From positions 45,292,883 through 45,356,882 of the forward strand of contig NC_068990.1 in the NCBI RefSeq assembly GCF_001194135.2: DNA of 64,000 bases, given 5' to 3'. Made by a program: the position numbers and the translations under genes. The notes below the pieces were generated by a model. It had not been told where the DNA came from. It searched no databases and saw nothing but the letters and a program-made list of their open reading frames with translations. How positions within the stretch are numbered: position 1 is the stretch's first letter; each line of letters opens with the position of its first letter. Origin of the DNA: Octopus bimaculoides. Taxonomy: Eukaryota. Positions 53,600-64,000 of the stretch are shown here, piece by piece.

Positions 53600-55150
53600 G
53601 GGCAAGGGATGAGAAGGACAGTACAAAGATAAACATACAGTGTGAGGGTTTACATATAATGAAATGATAAAAGTAAAATTAAAAGTATTATTATAAATAT
53701 ATAGAAAGAATACACGGTTTTCAATAAAATAAAGAAAGAAGAATAGTATCCAACAGTAAAAAGGAAAAAAAAAGGATGATAGTGATGCAGTTCTCCTAAT
53801 ACAGGAGGACCTCTAAGAATAATTGAGGGACCCTAATAATTTCTTTTATTAGCCACAGTGGTGTAAATGAGGGGCACAATCACAAGGACAGAAAAATTGT
53901 GTGGGGATTTACATAAAGGATGGGAAGAAAGAAATGGAAAAGACAATGAAATGCAATAAAAGTATACAAAGTACAGCGTGTGTCAAAAGTAGCACCCAGT
54001 TTCTGGGAAGTCATGCCTTTCTTTGTTATTTTGGAGGTTATTACAGACAGTTTTGAAAGTTATTAAATTTGGATTATGTATCATGTTAATATTCATTGAT
54101 ATCCCAACCCATAAAACAAGGATTAGAAGTATCTCCCAGTTGGGAAGTCAAATATATCAACCCTAAAACAGCAGTTGCCCATTACTGTTGACTTGCCCTA
54201 TATGTAATACTGCAGTCCTCCTGATACAGGAGAAACTCCAGCAAGGGCCAATCAACTTAAAATGGTCAATAAGGGCTTGACCAAAGAGGAAGGTGTCTTT
54301 CCTTAATCCTTTCAGTCTTATTCCACCACACATCCTCTTTCTCTATAGCCACTTGATAGAATACTACCTACTCTGCCTTGTTAAAAGTGGGTAGTGGGGA
54401 TGATCCTCAAATGACCAATGGTCAGATTCATCCAACACATGTTTGACACGACTTCTCTACAAGTCAACAATACTCAGGCACTGCACAGGTGAATGCAGTA
54501 GTTTCATTGCTCTGTAAACATCTCAGGCAATTCCACCTGTAGAGTTTATCTGGAACCAGCAGTGCTCCTTCGTAGCACTACCAGACCAGGGATTTCTAAA
54601 AATTAAGGTGTGGAGTAAAGTTTATGCAATAAAAAAGAAAAGACAAGTGAATTTCTTTGGAAAAAGAAAATATATGGAAATGTTGTCGTTAATGTTCAGA
54701 AATATTAATGAAAAAATGAATAAAATTGGAAAAATAATGTGTAGAGATTGATGTGAGGAGGAAGCAGTGGTGGGAGTAAGTAAAAGATGGCCTTAGGGCA
54801 TGAGGACACTGGGAAGTTACCGGGGGACCCTAATCTCTGTATATTGTATTTTTCTATGTAGGATCTTCAATACACCGCTTTGTCTGAGTAGTTTGTACGG
54901 TATGCAAGTAAAGAGGGGTGGAGTTGCTAAACTTTGAAGCAGGAACCAAGTTAGTTGAAATAGAAAGTACAGGGAGCAGGTCAAATCAAGCTTTGTTTCC
55001 CTTACCTTTCCATAAGAGCTATCCTTCCCTTCTAAGAGAAAGGTGTCTGTATCTTCTCCTATACTCACCTTCTTGTATCTTTAAGATACTCTGGCATATC
55101 ATCACCACCTGCTTTATATTCTTTCCAACTACACCCACTTACCCAGGGTA
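53600..55150 (-). mobile_element. Degenerate non-LTR retrotransposon remnant, possibly R2/NeSL-like
   Basis: Minus-strand CLRCLQSNETTAFTCA (knuckle-like) near 54480-54540; many stops. Confidence 0.35.
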
Positions 55151-55719
55151 GCCTTGTATCTCCTCTATAGCAGGAGACTTGGGCTTATACTTCCTCTCAA
55201 CATTTGACTAACCCTAACCCCTTTCAAATACTACCCCCATTTCTTGAAGCGGGTTATTTTTTGTCCTTTCCCTCCCTTTTTTCTTTCTCTCTTTTTCCCT
55301 CATCTTGCAAGTTACTTGGTATCCTCACACATGCCAGTGGCATGATAAAAGCACCCAGTACACTTTGTAAAGTGGTTGGTGTTAGGAAGCGTATCCTGCC
55401 ATAGAACAACAATGGAGTTTGATGCAGCCTATTAAACTGTCCAACCCATGCCAGCATGAAAGTGGAAGTTAAATGAAGATGATGATGAATGCTGGCAACA
55501 GACTGGAGTCTGCAAAAGCACCCAAGGTACCAGGTGGAGATGTTAAATTAAGTCTATCATCCAAATAGGCCATGGTGGTATTTGAACTCAGAATGCAAAG
55601 ATCCAGAACAAACACTACCAAGCTCAAATGTTTCCACCAGTCCATTGATTTATAATGATACTTTATTTATTGACCTCAGAGGGGTGAAAGGCAGAGAGAA
55701 TGCAAATCAAGCTATGGAC

Positions 55720-56510
55720 ACACAATATGAAAAAGTTCTGGACTAGTTCTGTAGTGTGCCAACAGATGGCAGCACATGGTTGTGTGTACAGTGAGAGCTA
55801 GCAGTGACCTTCATGAGGCTGTGTTTACTTCGCAAGTTGTGAAATTTGTGTTTTTGAGATCATGTGTACACTGTAGTCTGTGATTTTTGTCATGGACAGG
55901 AAGCTGGAAGGAAGAGCCAATGTGAAATTATGCATTAAACTTGGGAAGTCTGCTACAGAGACATTGAGCATGCTTCAGCAAGCTTATGGCAATGAACCAA
56001 TGAGTCGTACACAATGTTTCAAATGGCATGGGTGCTCAAAAGCAGACCGTACCTGAAAGATGATGAGTGATCTGGAAGGCCAGCCATGAGTGTCACCCCT
56101 TGGAAATGTGGAGAAAATTCATCATTGGAGGACAATCAACAACACTGTTGATGTTGTTTGTCTGTTGTATGGATCTGTGCAGGCAATCCTAACATCCATG
56201 AAGAATTAAATTCTTCATGACACCAAACTCTCCTCATTCATGAGTTTCTTGCCAAAAACAACATGGTATTGCATCTGCACCCACGCTATTCACCAGATTT
56301 AGCAAGATGAAATGTAACTCAAAGGTCACATGTCTGAACACCATTGTTGAGATCAAGAGTGAATTAAAGAAGGTTCTCAACTTGCTTACAGAAAAGGACT
56401 TCTAGGCCAGATTCCAAAAGCAGCAGGAACACTGGGACCAGAGTATTGCTGTGCAAGATGGCTATTTCAAAGAAGACGATGTTAAAACTTAGGTAAATGA
56501 TTTATTGTGT
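55720..56510 (+). mobile_element. Internally deleted Tc1/mariner transposase remnant
   Basis: MDRKLEGRANVKLCIKLGKSATETLSMLQQAYGNEPMSRTQCFKWH (HTH region) and a later HPRYSPDLA motif. Confidence 0.85.
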
Positions 56511-56659
56511 CTGGGGAGAGCCATTCAATTTTAGTGCCTTATTATTTAACACACTCATCAATTCGATTTCCACTCATTTACTTATTTGCTTTTTCTAAAA
56601 TTTTCGTTGTGTCTTGCAACCTTTTCAATAGACATTGACTCTGTCCATTATCAGAGCTG

Positions 56660-56849
56660 CGTTCTTTTTGTTTGTGTGCATGTGTATACACATATGTATG
56701 TATGTATGTGTGTGTGCCTGTGTATGCATATATATACGTATGCATGTGTGTACGTTTGTATGTATGTATTCTGTATATTCGTGTGTGTGTGTGTGTACAC
56801 ACAAACACATGAATATGCAGAATGCATACATACAAATGTACACACACGC

Positions 56850-56884
<35 letters not shown>

Positions 56885-56890
56885 ACTTTA
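56660..56890. repeat. Compound (TG)/(TATG)/(TA) low-complexity repeat
   Basis: Directly visible; source of the spurious CVCM/HTHT ORFs. Confidence 0.9.
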
Positions 56891-57399
56891 TGTATATATT
56901 AATATTATCTCAGTTTAAAAAAACCTTGACAATGTAAATATGTTAATAGTTACCATGGGTAGCAAAAATCACACAAAAAAACCTGGATATCACACCCGTT
57001 TTATAGGTAGAGATACCAAGTTAAACGATGCATTTTGAGTAGATATGAATAATAACAATAAATGGAGCAAAACGCATATAAATAAAAGTTCCTTTAATTC
57101 CTACATATGTTTCAAAATATATGTGCACTCTACTCCAAAGAAGTAAGAACTGCTGGAATTGCACATATATTCTCTGTCAGCGAACCAACATATAGAAGCA
57201 AGACAAATGCGAAATGAAAGGTTACTTACGAGTTATAATATTATAATATTATATGGCCAAGTAAGTGACCGTTAGAAGTAAGAATGCTGGATTACATAGA
57301 GTTATAATGGGAGGGGGGCTGTAAACGCTATACTAAAGGTTTAAATTAAATGATTAAAATGGGAGCTGGGCAAAATGGATCACAGTAAAGTAAACTGAA

Positions 57400-58426
57400 G
57401 CCGTAAACTATAAGCTAATATATAAACTATGGGCACCCCAATGTATTCATCATGTTTATGTGTAATCCCAAATGGTTTGAGGTAATGCGGGAACTTCTCC
57501 CACTGCCATCAGCATGATATTATTGCCAGCGTTTTCAGGCAGAAGCTGGCTAAGCTAATTGATTTAATCAAAAAAGGGCAGGTTTTGGGGCCTGTTAAGT
57601 GCCACATGTATACTGTTGAGTGGCAGAAGAGAGGGTTACCACACGTGCACATTTTGGTTTGGTTGGTCACTAAAATAGACCCTACAGTTCTAGATGACAT
57701 CATCACAGCAGAAATCATGGACCCCACTGCTGACCGGCAGCTGTACGACATTGTGAAGGCACACATGGTGCATGGTCCATATGGTCCCTGTTTTCAACAG
57801 TTCTCCTCATGCCACAAAGACTATGTGTGCACTAAATGATACCCAAAGAGGTTTGTGGAGGAGACCCAGACTGGTGGCGACGGATATCCACTGTACAGAC
57901 GAACGCGGCCTGAGAATGGGGAATTCACTATGACGTTACGGGGTCATCAAGTTCATAACAGATGGGTGGTCTCATACTGTCCATTACTGAAGAAAATTTT
58001 CAACGCTCATATAAATGTGGAGTTCTGTCATTCAGTAAAATCAATAAAGTACATATGTAAATATGTTAACAAGGGTTCTGACGCTGCCATGTTCACTGAG
58101 CATGAAGTTTTGTAACAGCACATTTGCTGCCGTTGGTGGAAAAGGAAGATGCCGTATTCACCTGTGAACGTTTTACACACCCTTCCAGGACTACCTACCA
58201 AATTGTGAGAATGATAACACAGCTTTTTCAGGGCCACCTCACATTCTATTGTTACCCCCTTCTGAGAGTGTTGCAATGCACTTTGCAGGGCTTTCTATCC
58301 AGTTGCAAATCGATTGGTTCGGTGTAAACTTATATCAATCTTTGCCTCAATAATCATAACTGAGTAGAATCATTAAGAGTACTTTAAAGCAATTAAGCCC
58401 TGAGCAACTCCGGGCACTTCTGCTAG
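57400..58426 (+). mobile_element. Helitron fragment with Rep (HUH) coding remnant and intact 3' terminus
   Basis: YGHPNVFIMFMCNPKW, VEWQKRGLPHVHIL, DGYPLYRR and KYICKYVNKG; one stop at 57837-57839; hairpin GCCCtGAGcaaCTCcGGGC (58397-58415) then CTAG|T at 58423-58427. Confidence 0.9.
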
Positions 58427-58875
58427 TGTGTATATACACACACATATATATACAGAGAGAAAGAGATGTTTTCTGTTGCTATCAGAAATTTTGAAGTTTT
58501 CAAATTAAGTGAAAATTTTCAAATTTGGTATATTAATGTACTTTTTCACACTGAATCCAATTTGGGGATGCATTTACTCCAGAAAAATGTTAGAGAGCTT
58601 TAAAATTTGATAATTTTTACCCAGTCAGAAAACAGGATTTAGAAGCTAGCACTTTCTGCATGGTAGCTGTTTATATGAAAGTAAATATTATGACAAATTT
58701 TTAAACAAAATGAAAGCAATTACATATCATATCAAGGGAGATGAGAAATATACATATACAAACAAAGAGTGATAAAAAGTATGGTAAAATATATATAGAG
58801 AAAGAGAAAGCGAAAGGCATGAAAGAGAGAGAGCCTGACGAATATAGATGTGTTTGTGTGTGTGTGTGTGTGTAT

Positions 58876-59170
58876 ATCATCATCATCATCATCATCGTTT
58901 AACGTCTGCTTTCCATGCTAGCATGGGTTGGACGATTTGACTGAGGACCGGTGAAACCATATGGCTACACCAGGCTCCAATCTGATTTGGCAGAGTTTCT
59001 ACAGCTGAATGTCCTTCCTAACGCCAACCACTCTGAGAGTGTAGTGGGTGCTTTTATGTGCCACCGGCACAAAGGCCAGTCAGGCAGTACTGGCAATGGC
59101 CACGCTCAAAATGGTGTATTTTATGTGCCACCCAATAAGTCTTCGCAAGCTGAGTTTCATGTCCAATGAA
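58876..59170 (-). mobile_element. SINE family B copy
   Basis: (CAT)n followed by cgtttaacgt...ccatgctagcatgggttggacg, as at 47907. Confidence 0.85.
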
Positions 59171-60121
59171 GGAGATGATGTTGGCATGGGTTTCCTAGTC
59201 ATTCAATAATTTATATTTCTTCAAGTATGTTGAAATAGTTATCATAAAATGGTGTCAGTTTAATCAACTATATTTCTCATGTACAAAATCATTGTAAGTT
59301 GTCAGTGTACATAACTAGTATGAATAATTGAAGTTGTTGAAATACAACTAAACTCTGAATGAGTAGACCCATGATCACAGGTATATAATCCGTAGCGATA
59401 TTACTAGCAGTATATCTAGGACTATATTATCCAACCTAGTTGTTCTTTATCTTAAGGACAATATAATGAGGTAGATTTGGTTGCTTTTCTGGTAGTTCGA
59501 AGGACACTAAGGAGCCAACGATCAATGATAGACCCATAATCAAATGTATTCCAGCTATGACTTCCATCTTTATTTCAGTCAGCGTCTCTGAGACAACGTT
59601 GTCCAATGTATTTTTTCTGTATTAAAAAATGGTTGGTTACTTGAACCAGACATGACAGTTATTTCTAGTAGATCAGATGACCCCTGTAGGAACTTCCCGT
59701 TAACTTTGTATTGATAGTTATCCTTGTATGTGGGTGTTATTGATTTCTGTCATAGACACGAAGGCTCAAAATTGAGGGAGGTACGCAATCGATTTAACTG
59801 GTCTCAGTGTATAACTGGTATTTATTCTATTAACCCTTCTCCATAGACGACAGGCAAAGTCGGCCTGCGTGTAATTCGAAGGAAGAAAGTGTGATTTAAT
59901 TAAATACCAGACGATATTTTATCAGTTGCTCTATCGATTCTACCATCTACAAATGTAGCATGTGGATGGTATTTTCGTTATTTCCAAGTGAATGAGAAAG
60001 CTTTATATTAGCAGAATCGTCATAGTATTTGGTTTGGTCTTTTTCTTTTCTGAGTTTAGAACTCTCTGATGTTAATCAACTTTGCCTGTCGTCATATTTC
60101 TTGGGGTTGATAAAACCAGTC

Positions 60122-60692
60122 GAGGATCTTTTTTAAAACGGGGGCCACATTTTTCATTAATGTTTTACGTAGTGTTTTTGGTACCGAAAGACTTTCAAAC
60201 TTCGTATACTTATCTATTTTGTGTTATAGAACAGAAAAATATTTTTGTATTCGAATATATTTCATGTAAAAAATTGTCTTATTTCGATAATTTCAACCAA
60301 TCACTGACGTCCATTCAGCCGATATACATTAAGTGCCGACTACATAAACAAACGATTCTTCGTTTTATTTGCTTTTTTCATTTTAAATTTGCTTTAACCC
60401 TAACCCTAACCCTAACTCTAGGGTTAGGGTTAGGGTTAGGGTTAGGGTTAATTGTTTCAGAATCGTTTGTTTATGTAGTCGGCACTTAATGTATATCGGC
60501 TGAATGGACGTCAGTGATTGGTTGAAATTACAGAAATACGACAACTTTAACATGGAATAATTTATGGATTTCTTTTTTTTTTTAAGAAGACTAAGAGAAA
60601 AAGATGTTTTATATGACACATTCTACCAGTGTTCCAAGTTCCAAAGTGTTTCGTTAATGAAAAATGTGGCCCCCGTTTTAAAAAAGATCCCC
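60122..60692. mobile_element. Foldback/MITE-like element with nested inverted repeats and central telomeric hexamers
   Basis: Perfect 37-bp inverted repeat 60124-60160/60654-60690; perfect 72-bp inverted repeat 60288-60359/60459-60530; central (TAACCC)3 and (GGGTTA)5. Confidence 0.8.
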
Positions 60693-62629
60693 AGTGGAAT
60701 TTAGAGGATCATATATTCCTTCCTATCAAGCAGAGATTCCTGGAATTATTTTGGCGCGGAACCGATTTTACAATTTACAAACAATTACGGAACGGACAAT
60801 CCTCGCCCTCTTAATTTTAATCAGATATTAATAAAACAATTGTTTTAGAGAGAGAATTTATTCATATAAAAGCATTGACTCAAAAAAAAGCGTAGTGTAG
60901 TCTAATCGAAACACTGTGTGATATGTAAAGTAAAACTAATTCAAAATATCGAAGAATAAGATAACTCCATATAAACAACATTCAAGCTTAGACTACTCTG
61001 ATAATGGTTAACTTTCCAGTAAATTTTTTCGATTTACTTTCGACTTAAGGAGCGGGTTATCTAGAGAACGAATAATTTTGAAGTTTCGATCGTCAAATTA
61101 GTTCAAAACAAATCAAAATCCATTGAAAAAACAAATTCACCTTCAAAGTGAGACAGGTGTAATACAAATTCTCCCTCGTTATTTTGAAAATGATGAATAG
61201 CATTTGGCTTTTTAAAAAATCCAAATTTTAAAATTAAATTTTACTAAATGGTATTTTATTTCGCAGAACCCCAGATCCCCCCCCCCCCAGAACATTGGGA
61301 TCCCTCGGAAGCCAGTTTGAAATATATTGCTATAAAGCATTCTATATGTGCATGGAATTTTATAGAAGAAAATAATGCTATCAGCGTCATAGATATACAA
61401 AAGAGTCGGAAAGTAGAATATATTATGTTCGGCAAGCTGATTGAATAGTTAGGATGTTGATCAAAAATGCTTAGTTGACATTTCTTCACGTTCTGAGTTC
61501 AAATTCCGCCGACATCAATTTGGCATTTCATCCTTTACGCAGCCGATAAAATAAGTACTAGTCGAGTACTGAGATCGACATAAACGAATTAGAAAGAAAA
61601 TTATGTTGCTGTAATGAAGAGACATTCCTTCTATCTCTCCCTTATCTAAGAGTCTTGCCTGAGACATTAGATTCACGGCAAAGTAATTATTCAACTTAAT
61701 GAACTCTTCCTATAAAAAAAATTAACTATTCTGTTCATTGGTTAATTTTTTTAATAAATGTTATTATTGTGCGTTGTTATCGATAATTCAATCTAATATC
61801 TCTACAATGAAACAAGGAATGAAGTAAATACATGTTATCTCCCTTTATCAGAACATGGCTGAAGACGAATTAAGTGTTTTAGCTGAAATATTCTGTCTGC
61901 CAGGAGAACTGACTCAGTGGTGTACGGTCTTGTTATCTTTGTGGTTTTTAATTTTTAAAAACTAATCGTTTCAGATAATTTTCATGATAATTAATGTCTG
62001 CATTAGGCTTTCGTTATTTTTTTGTTGTTTATATATTTATATTTTTCATAAATGTCCTCTCTCCGGTGTCAATTACCATTTCCTTGTAAATGTGTTTAAA
62101 TAATTTCATTTATACATAAAATAAGGATTCCGATGAGATTTTGAAAAAGCTTTCGCTATTTCTTGAAGAAAGGAAAGGATTTCCATATGAGATAAAAGGG
62201 ATTTACATATCACATCAATAACATTGAAACATGTAAACAAAAGAAAATCTAACTTTTACCTCCTGTTCCAGAGTTTGGTTAAGAACTTCGCTTCGTAGTC
62301 CCCTGATTTCGAGTTCGCACCTAGGACAAGCGTCTTTTATCAAGGTCTCGGGTTACTCAATACATTTTGAGTAGAATTTGGTGGAAATAGAAACTACGTG
62401 GAAACCTGTCGTATTATTATATGTAATGCAATATAACTTTCGCCGATATTTATGAGTAATGGTTGGTGGAAAAAAAACCCGAAGAACCGGTGCCTTGGAA
62501 AAGAAGTCTGTTGTGTCGGACCAAATTTATCGAAGTAAAGCAGTTGTCGCATGCAATCCTTTACGTCTAGAAGAACCCTTTTTCGACTGACCACTGATAT
62601 CGAACTGGTGACCAGCTTGTGGATTTTAC

Positions 62630-63481
62630 CTAATTTTCGTCATAATTTTTAGGAAAATGGACATCTTTTAATGAAATTTTATATAAATACCGGCCATATA
62701 TCTTAAAAACGGATAGATTACGATTATAAAGAAATTAGTGGGAGGAACTTTTCCCGTGGGGTGGGGAGAGGACTTTCGGAAAATTCACATTATCCGATTT
62801 TTCCCTCATAGCTTTTAGGAAAATGGATATCTTTTAATGACATTTCATATAAATACCTTTCAAACGGCATAGATTACGATTATAAAGAAATTTGTGAAGA
62901 ATTTTTGTTCCTAGGGGGTGGGGAGAGGACTTTTGAAGAGAAAGAAATTCATAAATTATTTGGGGCTAATGCAATTTCGCACCTCTCCTTGAAAAATGTA
63001 TTTTGTTGAAAAACTTTTTCTGGATTCTTACTTTTAAGACGTCGGAGATTACGAATATGCAAAAAAAAAAAAATTTAACCCCACCCACCCCTTAAATTTT
63101 TGAACTTTTTCGAAAATTTTTTCCTATTATGTTTTAGATGACGGAGATTCCGAATATGCAAGAAACCACGTTTTCAAAATTTTTAATTCAATAAGCATAT
63201 AGATATGTGTATAAAGAGATAGATATGAATGTATTCCTGGAGCTAGAAACAATAGTAACACCGTCTTCTATAGGACTGCCACATTTAGTTGACAAATATA
63301 TTTTATGAATAAACGGACAGGGATAAATAGATAGACAGATAAATAAATGGATGAAAAAGTTCAAAATTAAAATTTTTTGTGTATTTGTAATCTCCGACTT
63401 CTAAAACGTAGGAATCCGAAAAACTTTTTTCAAAAAACTGCATTTTTCAAGGAGAGGTGCGAAACTGCATTAGTCCCAAAT
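62630..63481. repeat. Composite repeat: two direct units of about 155 bp, then an imperfect inverted repeat of about 115 bp
   Basis: 62630-62790 resembles 62795-62940; 62958-63075 is the reverse complement of 63362-63481. Confidence 0.75.
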
Positions 63482-63539
63482 ATTTTTTTTTTGCTTCATT
63501 GTAATGGAAAAAAAGGGCAAAAGTAAAGTGGTCAGGGTT

Positions 63540-64000
63540 TTTATTACACCGAAAACGGGTGGTGTACGTATTCTATACCTCCGCTGGAGGTATATTTTTC
63601 GTTTGAGTTATAGAAAAACGTTTTACAAAAGATAGCATGTATAATGGTGAGAGAAACAAAGGCACTGTCATGCTATTAGCTGTCAGAAGTGAAAGTGCTC
63701 ACTGCTAGTGAAGTATCTGTCTGTCTGCCTGCATGCCTGTTGCTGGCCTGTCGATTCTTTGGCTACTGACAGCTAATACCATGACTGGCCGGAGCGAGCT
63801 ATATGTCTGTCTGTCTGTCTCTCTCTCTCTCTATCTATCTATTACTCGAAAGTTATTGGAACAAATTTGACACCTATATCCATGCGTTTGAAAACACAAC
63901 ACAGAGTATAAGGGTACTCGCGTCCGCGCTAGCTAGTCGTGAGTGGTCGATCCTATAAACTTCATTTGTTTTCTATTTTGATAAATTCTCTCTGTTGAAA
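63540..64000. mobile_element. Possible DINE-1/HINE-like element with (CTGT)n microsatellite
   Basis: Begins ttttattacacc with an acctccgctggaggt hairpin; (CTGT)n/(CT)n tract at about 63805-63840. Confidence 0.4.

Noticed and set aside
56578-56937. Cluster of overlapping ORFs
   Set aside because: They arise from low-complexity TG/TA repeats with no protein signal.
60395-60450. Telomere-telomere fusion scar
   Set aside because: A fusion gives (TTAGGG)n followed by (CCCTAA)n. Here the order is reversed, the arrays are tiny, and they sit inside a transposon-like palindrome.
60082-60619. ORFs with LTLTLT/GLGLGL runs
   Set aside because: They are translations of the telomeric hexamers in the foldback element.

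Overview
AT-rich eukaryotic (animal) genomic DNA with three assembly gaps. The SINE and microsatellite content resembles what I recall of octopus genomes; this species assignment is an inference. The window holds one protein-coding gene, on the minus strand: an orthologue of the nuclear m6A reader YTHDC1 (YT521-B). I rebuilt it by hand as 17 coding exons from ATG 51073 to TAA 1429 (1947 nt, 648 aa). All junctions are GT-AG and phase-consistent, and the YTH domain lies in exons 7-11. The rest is intron or intergenic DNA packed with SINEs, MITEs, a degenerate full-length Gypsy element with a nested Helitron, a Helitron Rep fragment, mariner and LINE remnants, and a foldback element carrying telomeric repeats. 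The most interesting signal is a set of unannotated, well-formed splice options downstream of the YTH domain: three competing donors for exon 11 (only the weakest is productive), a stop-containing cassette exon, a 46-nt exon phase-equivalent to exon 13, an in-frame 69-nt cassette, and a GC/GT tandem donor. Together they suggest a candidate autoregulatory splicing/NMD system for this m6A reader. No alignments or expression data were available. Exon boundaries were counted by hand, and repeat boundaries are approximate.
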